Source: Candidatus Babeliales bacterium (GTDB lineage: Bacteria; Babelota; Babeliae; Babelales; RVW-14). From it: a stretch of DNA of 64,000 nucleotides. Positions within the stretch are counted from its first letter, which is position 1. The number at the start of each line of letters is the position of its first letter. The stretch spans positions 3,801 to 67,800 of the forward strand of contig JBAZSL010000006.1 of assembly GCA_041662445.1 (NCBI GenBank), in the 5' to 3' direction. Shown here one piece after another: positions 32,430-41,431 of this stretch. Both the position numbers and the translations under genes were made by a program. The notes below the pieces were generated by a model. That model made no database searches and was not told the origin of the DNA. It worked only from the letters and a program-made list of their open reading frames with translations.

Positions 32430-32641
32430 TATTCTACTTCGCCAGAAAACCCCGGGCTTTTAAACCCGCGGGATGAATGGCGAGTAGAACCCTTCGTAGC
32501 TCTGCAAGAGCGAAGTAGGGTTAGGCTTCGAAGAATTTCGCGCGGCACACCGGCTTCCGACTTCGCTCTACGAGCTTCGACGGACAGGTAAAAGCCGATG
32601 TGCGCTGCATTTTGCTGCTGTATCGTTCGACTGGTTGCGGT
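32430..32641. mobile_element. GC-rich palindromic insertion (MITE-like, non-coding), copy A
   Basis: About 212 bp, visibly GC-richer than its flanks. Bracketed by the 7-bp direct repeat GAGTATT (32423-32429 and 32642-32648). Many cttcg/cgaag sub-palindromes. Shares cccttcgtagct and cctgtccgNcgaagct blocks with the element at 34704-34922. Confidence 0.5.
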
Positions 32642-32677
32642 GAGTATTATTTTTAGAAATAGTAGGAGATCTTTCTT

Positions 32678-33550
32678 ATGAAACGTTTAATTCGTAGTTC
32701 CTGCGCGTTCCTTGTGTTGATCAGTGGTATCATTTTTGATGGAAATTATGTTTTTGGTATGCATGCATGTGATTATAAATTAGCTGCTCAGTCTTATTAT
32801 GAAGAGTTGGCCGAATCTCAATTAGCACAACGACAAATTATGATAATGCTCAACAGCAGAAATCCAAATTTCGCCAGATTAAATTGGCTTGTTGAACAAA
32901 AAGCCGCACGAGCCTTGCAGCCAAAACAACAAATTCTTAACAATTATCTCATTGCGTGTCTGAGCAATCAGTTGCTAACAAGTGCCCGTGCACCAGAAAA
33001 TCTACTTGGACTTGGCGCCAATCCTTGTTGCCGTTACCCACAACGAGCGGGAGATAGGCTGAGCAATAGAACCGCGTTGATGATGGCGGTTAGCCATAGG
33101 CGATTTTTCCCGGTTGTTGATTTTCTTTTATATAAAGGAGCGGATGCAACGGCGCACGATGATAATGGCGATACGGCTTTAATAATCGCTGCTCAAAAAG
33201 ATAGTTTAGACATGGTTACATCTATTGTTCAAGCATTAGTAAATACAACATATGTACAGGCGCACAGTGAGGCACAAACGGTAGAGAATACATGGTTAAC
33301 ATGCCCAACAGAGGTGATCTCTACATGTATAGAGCCATTTCTTTCTACCCGCTATTGCATCAATTACCAAAATAGTTTTGGGAATACTGCGCTTACATAT
33401 GCGTCCGCCCGTAATGACGCTGCAATGGTTCGCTATTTACTCGAAAATGGTGCAGATGCAACACTGAAAAATGCAGCCAGGCAAACGGCTTTTGACCTTG
33501 CCACCGATGCTGCCGTTAAGACGTTGTTGCAACAGTATATGCAACTCTAG
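32678..33550 (+). CDS. ankyrin-repeat protein with leader (tandem paralog 1)
   Basis: Leader MKRLIRSSCAFLVLISGIIFDGNYVFG|M; repeats NGDTALIIAAQKDSLDMV and FGNTALTYASARNDAAMVRYLLENGADATLKN. Confidence 0.85.
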   Translation: MKRLIRSSCAFLVLISGIIFDGNYVFGMHACDYKLAAQSYYEELAESQLAQRQIMIMLNSRNPNFARLNWLVEQKAARALQPKQQILNNYLIACLSNQLLTSARAPENLLGLGANPCCRYPQRAGDRLSNRTALMMAVSHRRFFPVVDFLLYKGADATAHDDNGDTALIIAAQKDSLDMVTSIVQALVNTTYVQAHSEAQTVENTWLTCPTEVISTCIEPFLSTRYCINYQNSFGNTALTYASARNDAAMVRYLLENGADATLKNAARQTAFDLATDAAVKTLLQQYMQL

Positions 33551-33572
33551 TTTTTTATACGCCACTAATACT

Positions 33573-33600
33573 TTGATTTTTGTTAAATAAGCGCTATGCT
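33573..33600 (+). promoter_or_regulatory. candidate sigma70 promoter of ankyrin paralog 2 (module copy 2)
   Basis: TTGATT - 16 nt - TATGCT; palindrome TCACTAGTGA at 33628-33637; about 100 nt upstream of the ATG at 33703. Confidence 0.45.
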
Positions 33601-33702
33601 CTCTGCCCTTTGAGCTCTGAATAGTGGTCACTAGTGATTCTCGTTTTTGTCGTCGTTGTACATTTTTTGAACAGGAAATTTTACTTGTATAAGGTTTTTT
33701 AT

Positions 33703-34611
33703 ATGAACAAACTTATTCGAATCTGCTTGGCATCATGCGCATTGTCAGTGATTGCCCCAAATGACAACTCGCTATTCGCGCTTTTTCCCGACTTTCCCGA
33801 AGGTTTTTTGCCGACACCTTTAACCATAACTGAAGCTGGTCCAAGTTCTTTTGCGCAAAAAAATGCCGAAAATGCATTTTATAGCGAACTATTTAGGCTA
33901 AGACCAAATTACGGTACATTGCGTGTTCTACTTGATACTTGGCTCGATTCCCTGCAAACAACTGGCGGGTATCCTGACCGTGTACGATATCTTCGCAATG
34001 CATCTGATGGGATATTAGTCAGCTGTGAAGATAGAAACGAAGCCCAACAAACCCTGCTGGATGCTATTGTCGGTCGAGAGCTTAAAAACGCAAATCCATC
34101 TTATATTATTGTAGACATGCTCATGGACTTAGGCGCGGACTCTGGTCGTGCACTTGAAGCCGCAGTTGAAGCACAAAATACGGATATCGCGTATTTAATT
34201 CTTTCCACCGATCCTGTTGCCATTAACTTTCAAAATGAATGCACGAGAGAAACAGCAATTATTCTTGCAGCACAAAAGAATGATTTTGCAATGCTTCAGA
34301 TTTTGACCAAGCCAGAACCTTGTTCAGGTGTTGATGCTGCGCGTGCAGCGCTTGCCGAGTGGCAAGCTTGTCCAGTGGATGTATTTTCAGTGTGTATACA
34401 GCCGTTTTTTGATCTTATTAATATGCAAGATATTTATGGAAGCACAGCGCTCATGCATGCAGCAAACCACAACAACCTTGAGATGGTCGAATATTTATTG
34501 CAATGCGGTGCCGATACAACAATCCAAAATGTAGATGGTCGAAGAGCTGCTGACTTTACCACCTGTCCGGCGCTGAAAGCAGTTATCACCAATTATGAAA
34601 AACAAAATTGA
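33703..34611 (+). CDS. ankyrin-repeat protein with leader (tandem paralog 2)
   Basis: Leader MNKLIRICLASCALSVIAPNDNSLFA; C-terminal block AEWQACPVDVFSVCIQPFFDLINMQDIYGSTALMHAANHNNLEMVEYLLQCGADTTIQN is shared with paralogs 1 and 3. Confidence 0.8.
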   Translation: MNKLIRICLASCALSVIAPNDNSLFALFPDFPEGFLPTPLTITEAGPSSFAQKNAENAFYSELFRLRPNYGTLRVLLDTWLDSLQTTGGYPDRVRYLRNASDGILVSCEDRNEAQQTLLDAIVGRELKNANPSYIIVDMLMDLGADSGRALEAAVEAQNTDIAYLILSTDPVAINFQNECTRETAIILAAQKNDFAMLQILTKPEPCSGVDAARAALAEWQACPVDVFSVCIQPFFDLINMQDIYGSTALMHAANHNNLEMVEYLLQCGADTTIQNVDGRRAADFTTCPALKAVITNYEKQN

Positions 34612-34615
34612 AAAA

Positions 34616-34643
34616 TTGATTTTTCTTGCGCACACGCTATAGT
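34616..34643 (+). promoter_or_regulatory. candidate sigma70 promoter of ankyrin paralog 3 (module copy 3)
   Basis: TTGATT - 16 nt - TATAGT; palindrome TCACTAGTGA at 34673-34682. Confidence 0.45.
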
Positions 34644-34703
34644 CTCCCTCCCTTTTTACCTGTAGATAACGATCACTAGTGATTTTTACTTTCATTGCCG
34701 TAG

Positions 34704-34922
34704 GTTGCGTTGACTTTTTACGTCATCCCCGCCTCAGCGCGGGGATCCAGAGCTTTTGTTTTAACTTGCGATAATAAAAGTTGATAGCAAAACGTATGTT
34801 TTTCTGGATTCCCTCTTCCGCGGCCTGTCCGCCGAAGCTAGCCCCAGCGTAGGAGGGCCTGCCCTTCGTAGCTAGTTTCAGCGTAGGAGGGGAATGACAT
34901 CGTTGTCATAAAAGTCAACAGA
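34704..34922. mobile_element. GC-rich palindromic insertion (MITE-like, non-coding), copy B
   Basis: About 219 bp bracketed by the 7-bp direct repeat GCCGTAG (34697-34703 and 34923-34929). Terminal inverted repeats gttgactttttacgtcatcccc ... ggggaatgacatcgttgtcataaaagtcaac. Internal hairpin atccccgc-ctcagc-gcggggat. Confidence 0.55.
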
Positions 34923-34972
34923 GCCGTAGTACATTTGCGAAATAGATAACACTATCTTTATGAGGTTTTTAT

Positions 34973-35866
34973 ATGAATCATCTTGCTCGAATTTGCTGCT
35001 TGTCATTTGCAGTACTTACTATTATTCCCAATGGGAATACGCTTTTTGGAATGAAAAGAAAATTTTCTCCGCCAACTTTGACGATCCCTAAAGATGTCAG
35101 TAAGGCCACACAAAAAGCAGCTGAAGAAGCATTTTATGCAGAACTGTATGGTGAAAATCCAACTGCTGATAAGTTGAGACAATTGCTTGATGATTGGCTT
35201 GATACTTTAAATTGTGTCACCGAAGGCGTTTCTCCTTCTGTGCACTATCATCGTGACGCAACTGCCGGTATCTTGGTTTTTGCTCACACGAGAGAAGCTG
35301 CCCAACAAATGCTACTCAATGGTATAGTTCGCGAGGTGCTTGCAGATTGCGACGCATCTTCTGAGATTCTAACAAGACTGATAGCTTTGGGTGCAGATAC
35401 TAAGTCTGCATTGCTAGATGCAGCGAGGCATAATAATCTCCGGCTTGTTAACGTAATCATTTCCAGGGATCCGTATGCAGTTAACTATCAAAATGAAATG
35501 TACAAAACAACCGCATTTATTTATGCAGCGAAGCATAATAACTATGATATGCTTTATGCCTTGGATAGAGCATTTGTGGAAGTATCGCAATTAGTTCTTG
35601 CTGAATGGGAACAATGCCCACTCGATGTATTTAAATTTTGTATACAACCATTTTTTGATCCTATGAATGCGCAAGATTCTCGCGGAAATACACCACTCAT
35701 GTATGCAGCTGAAAATGATGACTTGCCTATGGTGCGTTATTTATTGCAACGTGGAGCTGACAAATCAATCCAAAATAACGCAAAGCAAACAGCTGATCAA
35801 ATGGCTATCACTGTTTTGATGAGAGATTTTATAGTCGAGTACGGTAATCGAAAAAATCAAGAATAA
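34973..35866 (+). CDS. ankyrin-repeat protein with leader (tandem paralog 3)
   Basis: Leader MNHLARICCLSFAVLTIIPNGNTLFG|M; clear paralog of 33703-34611 (YAELYGENPTADKLRQLLDDWLDTL; AEWEQCPLDVFKFCIQPFFDPMNAQDSRGNTPLMYAAENDDLPMVRYLLQRGADKSIQN). Confidence 0.85.
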   Translation: MNHLARICCLSFAVLTIIPNGNTLFGMKRKFSPPTLTIPKDVSKATQKAAEEAFYAELYGENPTADKLRQLLDDWLDTLNCVTEGVSPSVHYHRDATAGILVFAHTREAAQQMLLNGIVREVLADCDASSEILTRLIALGADTKSALLDAARHNNLRLVNVIISRDPYAVNYQNEMYKTTAFIYAAKHNNYDMLYALDRAFVEVSQLVLAEWEQCPLDVFKFCIQPFFDPMNAQDSRGNTPLMYAAENDDLPMVRYLLQRGADKSIQNNAKQTADQMAITVLMRDFIVEYGNRKNQE

Positions 35867-35873
35867 CTATTTA

Positions 35874-35896
35874 GGGGCCCCTGTTCTTGGGGCCCC
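35874..35896. terminator. bidirectional hairpin terminator
   Basis: ggggcccc tgttctt ggggcccc between the convergent ankyrin gene and pilQ. Confidence 0.7.
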
Positions 35897-35912
35897 ATTT
35901 CATGCATTATCA

Positions 35913-37607
35913 TCATGCCTCAACCAACGTTGGGGTTATGAAAATCAAAAGTTGTTCATCAGAATTTTGATGTCGTGATGCTTTAAAGAGCCATCCAATT
36001 ACCGGGATATCTTTGAGAAATGGTATGCCGTTGGTGTCTTTCGCCTTAGATTCAGTGATCAAGCCTCCAATCAGTGTCGTCTGCCCGCTGCGCAATAAAA
36101 CACGATTTGTCGATCTTGATGTCCGCACCGTATAGTTAAATTCTGATTCTCTGCTGCCTTGCTCGCGCTTGACTTTCAGATCAACAACATACGAATTCTC
36201 GACAAATATTTCGAGCAAAACTGAACCGTGATCTGGGGCAACGGTTGGCTTAACTTTGAGCATGATCCCGATATCTTTGTAATTTACCGTAGTTACGTTG
36301 GTTGGTTTGCTCTCTACCACCTCATCAAGACGTACCGCATGGGGCATGGTTTCACCAATCAAAATTTCGGCAGATTCTTCGTTACATACCAAAAGCGATG
36401 GTTTGAGAATTGTTTTTACATCGTTGCGATATTCGGCGGCGTTGAGCGTCATATTCAGGCGCTTGGTATTCATATCGTTATTACCAAAAATGAAGGGCAC
36501 CGTTGAGAGGGTTGATTTGATTACACTCGGAACTAAATTGAGCGCCCATCCAGTAATTTCGTCATAGGGGGTATTCTTGTCGGTTGGGTTTCCATTTCCC
36601 TTTGAATTTTCAAATGGTCCAAGACCAACAAAATCAACATGCTTAACACTTTCGCGTCGGTTGTACACGCCGGACCAGTTGATGCCCAGCACATCTTCAA
36701 AATCTTTGGTGGTACGGACTACTCGTGCATCAATTCTTATTTGGGGAATCTTAATATCCATTTCCGCAAGGGCATGAGAAAATTCTTCTATTTGATCTTT
36801 ATGAGCCTTACAGAAGATTTTGCGATTGACGTCGTCAAGGACAAGATACATATTTTGCTTGTCGCTGCTTGCTTGCGTAATTCCCTGCCATAATTTTTCG
36901 ATACGCGCTTTGAATGCATCGTTCCATTTAACGTAGAGCAAAGATTTGGTCAGTGTTGAAAAATCTCTTTCGCGCTCACGCGAGGCAATACTCGTAAAAA
37001 GTTCACGTGCTGTTTGCATTTTCATCACGCGCCATACCCCAAAATCTTTGAGGAGCGCCAGCCGTGGCTCATTGCTTCCTAAGATACTGTTGAGCGCGGC
37101 AGCAAGCGGCACGTCATCAAGGCGAAGTTCCTGGACTGAACCGGTGATATCAGAATCTACTACCAACTGCACGCCGGAGCTTTTACTGATAAGGGCAAGA
37201 GCCTCTTTCGTTGGCATTGTTTTGAGGTGAAGCGATACAGTTTTTTCTTGAAGCTCAGGTGCTTCGAGTTGTTTTTGCACAATATCAATAATTCCTTGGG
37301 ATGCAGTATTTTGCTGAATGAGCATTGATGCAAGTGCTGTTTTGATTGATCGTGGCTGAGCCGGATTTTTAGTCCCATGTTTTGTTTTGTGGCGGTGATG
37401 ATGTAGCGAATCTTGTACAACATGCTTGAAGGCATCAAGTGTTTCAGTATCGCGTTTCTCAAGATCTTTCTTAAAAAGATCGAGTGTTGTCGGCGGAACT
37501 TGAGAAAGATCATAATCTTGTGGTTTTGGTAACAAGGCCGAGTCTGCGTATACATAACAGGTAAAAAATAACGAAGCTGTAAGTGCAGCAGCAAGAAACC
37601 GTTTCAT
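35913..37607 (-). CDS. pilQ: secretin (type IV pilus PilQ / T2SS GspD family)
   Basis: Signal peptide; C-terminal secretin domain with LIGGLITESKAKDTNGIPFLKDIPVIGWLFK...LLIFITPTLV. Confidence 0.9.
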   Translation of the reverse strand: MKRFLAAALTASLFFTCYVYADSALLPKPQDYDLSQVPPTTLDLFKKDLEKRDTETLDAFKHVVQDSLHHHRHKTKHGTKNPAQPRSIKTALASMLIQQNTASQGIIDIVQKQLEAPELQEKTVSLHLKTMPTKEALALISKSSGVQLVVDSDITGSVQELRLDDVPLAAALNSILGSNEPRLALLKDFGVWRVMKMQTARELFTSIASRERERDFSTLTKSLLYVKWNDAFKARIEKLWQGITQASSDKQNMYLVLDDVNRKIFCKAHKDQIEEFSHALAEMDIKIPQIRIDARVVRTTKDFEDVLGINWSGVYNRRESVKHVDFVGLGPFENSKGNGNPTDKNTPYDEITGWALNLVPSVIKSTLSTVPFIFGNNDMNTKRLNMTLNAAEYRNDVKTILKPSLLVCNEESAEILIGETMPHAVRLDEVVESKPTNVTTVNYKDIGIMLKVKPTVAPDHGSVLLEIFVENSYVVDLKVKREQGSRESEFNYTVRTSRSTNRVLLRSGQTTLIGGLITESKAKDTNGIPFLKDIPVIGWLFKASRHQNSDEQLLIFITPTLVEA

Positions 37608-37615
37608 GTTCCCCC

Positions 37616-38524
37616 CTACTCAACGGTAAGCTTTCTTCTTGTTTTTCCCTTGGTTAGAACAACTGATGTTTTGTCTATTGATGCTAAGCGATATCCGTGA
37701 AATATATCACCTAGCGCCACGATCTCTCTGAGCCCACCGCATGACATAAGCGCAGAGGCCGTGCCGGTTTCTCCTGCGCTCACAATACCTTCAAGTACAA
37801 CAGCTTGTTGAGCCGATAGCGTTTTCTGGCTGCTCATAACAAAAGGATTGCGCAGGTTGGCATATAGCGGCACTACTGACGCCTTACTATCAATAAGAGG
37901 CGCCCGTTGTAGATCATTTCCATGCACAACGGCTACACGTAAGGTGATAGCCATACGAATTTTTTGTTTTTTTGATGCATGTAGAACCATTGATTCACAA
38001 CAGAGACAGGTAGGAATTTGGTGTACGTGATGTAATAAAGTAAGAATGCTGCCAAATTCACCCTTGCCCTCTATGGCCAAACAATATTCGGTAAAAAATT
38101 CTTGCGTCGTAGACGATTCCTGCTTAATCCCTCGGCATACAACACCGGATTGTCGCATACACCACAAAACAGCCTCAATTATTTCTTGCAATGATGTTTG
38201 GACAAAAGAGTTTTTGGCAAGTTCCCCGCGGAGCTCATTGCGCAACTGCACAAGATTGTCATAGGTGGCAGCAGTTTTTTGTAACTGTTCATTTTGTTGT
38301 GCCAAAACAACTGATTCGCGCTCTTTGAGCGCTAAATGGCGACGAACGGGCATGTAATATAGGCAGAACCAGATGAGAGCGGAAAGAAGTGGTATGAGAA
38401 GCGTGAAGAATAGTTTATAGCGCTGAGGCATTTTTTTAAAAGTGTTCGTGACACCAGACTCATGCAACCAAAATGGCATGGTCTCCGACTCCTCCCCCCT
38501 GCGATCAAGAATTTCAGAAAACAT
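37616..38524 (-). CDS. pilus-assembly inner-membrane protein, apparent PilO-like / PilP-like fusion
   Basis: Single TM (YKLFFTLLIPLLSALIWFCLYYM), coiled coil, PilO-like block EYCLAIEGKGEFGSILTLLHHV...MAITLRV. C-terminal PilP-like beta domain VLEGIVSAGETGTASALM...ALGDIFHGYRLASIDKTSVVL. Position between pilB and pilQ. Start uncertain. Confidence 0.5.
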   Translation of the reverse strand: MFSEILDRRGEESETMPFWLHESGVTNTFKKMPQRYKLFFTLLIPLLSALIWFCLYYMPVRRHLALKERESVVLAQQNEQLQKTAATYDNLVQLRNELRGELAKNSFVQTSLQEIIEAVLWCMRQSGVVCRGIKQESSTTQEFFTEYCLAIEGKGEFGSILTLLHHVHQIPTCLCCESMVLHASKKQKIRMAITLRVAVVHGNDLQRAPLIDSKASVVPLYANLRNPFVMSSQKTLSAQQAVVLEGIVSAGETGTASALMSCGGLREIVALGDIFHGYRLASIDKTSVVLTKGKTRRKLTVE

Positions 38525-38615
38525 AAACGACCATCACTGTAATACGATGATGTGTGCAGAGTAAAGAGATTAGAGAATTAGGAGAAAGTTCTTTTGAAAC
38601 CATGGAATCAAAAGA

Positions 38616-40337
38616 TTAGACAACTTCAATTTCAAGCGGCTCTTCGGCATAGGCAACAGTCAAAACTTCTTCAATGGTTGTAGTGCCTGCCTTGATTTGA
38701 CGAATGCCATCAGCGCTTAATAACTTCATGCCTTGTTCGATCGCCTTGCGTCTGATCACCGTTGCATCGGCACGTTGTACAATAAGTTTTGAAATGCGTT
38801 CATCAATTTCCATGATTTCAAAAATAGCCAATCGGCCTCTATAGCCCATTTTAAGGCAGTCATCACAGCCTTTGGCGCGATAAAAGATGATTTTTGCGGC
38901 TTCTTCGACAGTCAGTCCAAGACGTTTAATCATTTCAGCATCGGGAGTGTATTTTTCTTTGCAGGAATCGCAAAGCTTGCGGACCAAACGTTGAGAAATA
39001 ACACAAATCAACGATGACGCAATTAGGTATGACTCAACGCCCATATCGAGTAAACGTGTCACTGTTGTCGGTGCGCTACTTGTGTGAATGGTGCTGAGTA
39101 CCAAATGACCGGTGAGCGATGCCTGCGCTGCTATTTGCGCTGTTTCTGGATCACGTATTTCACCAATGAGCATAATGTCAGGGTCTTGACGTAAAAATGA
39201 ACGCAATGCTGTTGAAAAAGTTAAGCCGGCCTTTTCATTAACCTGTACTTGATTGATGCCGTGTACGGTGTATTCAACCGGATCTTCAACGGTAAGAATC
39301 GCAACATCGGGCTGGTTAAGACGGTTTAAAATAGCATAAAGCGTTGTTGTTTTACCCGAACCGGTTGGACCACTTACCAGAATAATGCCATTGGGACGCG
39401 TGATAATACGAGTCAGGACCTTATAATCTGCCTCGCTTAGATTAAGGTTTTCAATTTCAAGGATGCCTTTTGTTTTATCAAACAAACGCATCGCAACGCA
39501 CTCACCAAAACTTGTTGGCAATGTTGAAACACGAATGTCGATTGGACGGTCAGCAATTTTAATCTGAATTCTGCCGTCCTGAGGCAACCTTTTTTCAGCA
39601 ATATTAAGATTAGCCATGATTTTTATACGCGACACAATTGCGCTTTGATAGCGCTTGGGAGGCGTAACGCGCAAATACATGTTGCCATCAACGCGGAAAC
39701 GAACCCTCAGTTCACGTTCAAATGGTTCGATATGAATATCCGAAGCGCCCTCTTTTACCGCTTGAACCAAAAGATGGTTGACCAACTTAACTATCGGAGC
39801 ATCATTGGCCATTTCCATGATGTCTTTTTCTTCGATGGGTGCCGCACCAAATTCAAGCTCCTCAACCTCACCGCCCTCTTTAAGCTCCTCCATCATTTCT
39901 TTGCTCGTTTCAAGAGGATAAAAACGGTTGATGGCATCATTAATAATGTCATCGGTCGAGACGGCGTAGAGCACCTCGCCTGCCATCAGAAGAGAGAGAT
40001 CGTCCAGCGGTTGAAGATCACGCGGGTTCTGAGTGACTATGGTTTTTTGCCCCTCATACATAAGGGGAATAACGCAATGCTGACGTAAAAATTTGAGTGG
40101 AACTTTCCCCAAGAGTACGGGGTCGATCATCTGTTCGGTAATTTTTTCAACAAATGCTACACCAACTTGTTTTGCCAGGGCACGTGCGATGTCATTTTTT
40201 GTTACCAAACCACGCTCAAGCAAAACCTGCCCAATAAGTTTGCCCGTCTCCTGTTGTTCTGGGAGTACCGATGCCAATTGTTGTGGCGTCAGAACATTGA
40301 GTTCGACGAGAATATCACCGAGTTTTTTCCTGAGCAT
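38616..40337 (-). CDS. pilB: type IV pilus / T2SS assembly ATPase (PilB/GspE family)
   Basis: N-terminal MshEN-like domain (LGDILVELNVLTPQQL), Walker A GPTGSGKTTT, Asp/His boxes, tetracysteine CDSC...CDDC. Confidence 0.92.
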   Translation of the reverse strand: MLRKKLGDILVELNVLTPQQLASVLPEQQETGKLIGQVLLERGLVTKNDIARALAKQVGVAFVEKITEQMIDPVLLGKVPLKFLRQHCVIPLMYEGQKTIVTQNPRDLQPLDDLSLLMAGEVLYAVSTDDIINDAINRFYPLETSKEMMEELKEGGEVEELEFGAAPIEEKDIMEMANDAPIVKLVNHLLVQAVKEGASDIHIEPFERELRVRFRVDGNMYLRVTPPKRYQSAIVSRIKIMANLNIAEKRLPQDGRIQIKIADRPIDIRVSTLPTSFGECVAMRLFDKTKGILEIENLNLSEADYKVLTRIITRPNGIILVSGPTGSGKTTTLYAILNRLNQPDVAILTVEDPVEYTVHGINQVQVNEKAGLTFSTALRSFLRQDPDIMLIGEIRDPETAQIAAQASLTGHLVLSTIHTSSAPTTVTRLLDMGVESYLIASSLICVISQRLVRKLCDSCKEKYTPDAEMIKRLGLTVEEAAKIIFYRAKGCDDCLKMGYRGRLAIFEIMEIDERISKLIVQRADATVIRRKAIEQGMKLLSADGIRQIKAGTTTIEEVLTVAYAEEPLEIEVV

Positions 40338-40612
40338 AAGGTGATGCTCCTTTATTGACGATGAGAACAGATTGTTCCCATGATATCAGACCGGTAGCAG
40401 CGCAGCAATATTTTTCCGAAATGCCCCAGACTGTCAAACGTCAAGCCACTTTCTATGATCTTAGGCTGCCGGTCAAAGCGGTTACGTAAGCACATCTACG
40501 CGCTCTAGCTGCTACATTTGCAACGAACTAGCGCGATTATTGCAGTATGAGAGTCTTTTTTTCTAGGATTATGCTGTAAATGATGCGTACGACCCAATAA
40601 GGAAAGAAGGCC

Positions 40613-41431
40613 ATGCAAAGAATTTGGGCTTCAAAATACTTCAAACGCTCGATCGTTGTGGCAATTATTATGATCATAATAATTCCATCGCTTGTCCTGC
40701 TTATCAAAAAAGCATCAATTGTATCATCCAGCAGCATTCAAGAATTGTTTGTTCCTCGTGTGATAACGTATGAGCTCAATTCCGTTTTTGATGCCTCCTT
40801 GCGTATATCTATTCAAAAATTTATTGAATCACGCATCAATAAAAAAAGTTTATTGGCCTTTGATAGGGCAATGTTTTATAAAGAGCTGAAGCATCATTTC
40901 CCCATTATAAAATCTATTGAATACGAATTGCGGCCGTCAGAAGTACTGCATTGTAATATTGTCGGAGTTACTCCGTTATGCCGAATTAACGAGTGCTTTA
41001 TTCTTGGCAATAAACGACGTCTCTTTCCGTGTTCATTATTTAGTGAAATTAATCAAGAAGCATTGCCAAATGTAGTTATGGATAGACGATGGCTTGGCAA
41101 AAAGATCTCACCTCATCTTTATTACGTCATACATTCCATAACTAAAGAGCAGTGGGCAAGCTACCACATAGCATATTACGCGCCCTGGAACATACAGCTC
41201 ATGCCACGCACGTCAATATGCCGATGTCGCATCATTACTGATGAACATAATCTTTTTAATCAGCAAAAATTTGGTGCGCTCAGTTCCATATTCAATGATC
41301 TTTGCAATCGCGGACTTATATCGAAGAAGATGCTTGGATCAAAAGGGGTTCCACTGGCCTTCGATTTCCGTATAAAAAATCAGGTCATCGTCCAATTTCA
41401 TGAATCGTCCAAAAGGGGGAGGGGATTATGA
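40613..41431 (+). CDS. ftsQ: FtsQ-like cell-division protein
   Basis: Bitopic with N-terminal TM (IVVAIIMIIIIPSLVLLI); about 270 aa; ATGA overlap with ftsA. Sequence itself is divergent. Confidence 0.55.
   Translation: MQRIWASKYFKRSIVVAIIMIIIIPSLVLLIKKASIVSSSSIQELFVPRVITYELNSVFDASLRISIQKFIESRINKKSLLAFDRAMFYKELKHHFPIIKSIEYELRPSEVLHCNIVGVTPLCRINECFILGNKRRLFPCSLFSEINQEALPNVVMDRRWLGKKISPHLYYVIHSITKEQWASYHIAYYAPWNIQLMPRTSICRCRIITDEHNLFNQQKFGALSSIFNDLCNRGLISKKMLGSKGVPLAFDFRIKNQVIVQFHESSKRGRGL

Noticed and set aside
40338-40612. 275-bp, relatively GC-rich intergenic region between pilB and ftsQ, considered as a possible small RNA gene
   Set aside because: I looked for hallmark motifs of SRP RNA, RNase P RNA, tmRNA and 6S RNA and found none. 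Only an imperfect hairpin (cgcgct..ctagcgcg) is present. It is most simply a divergent promoter region.
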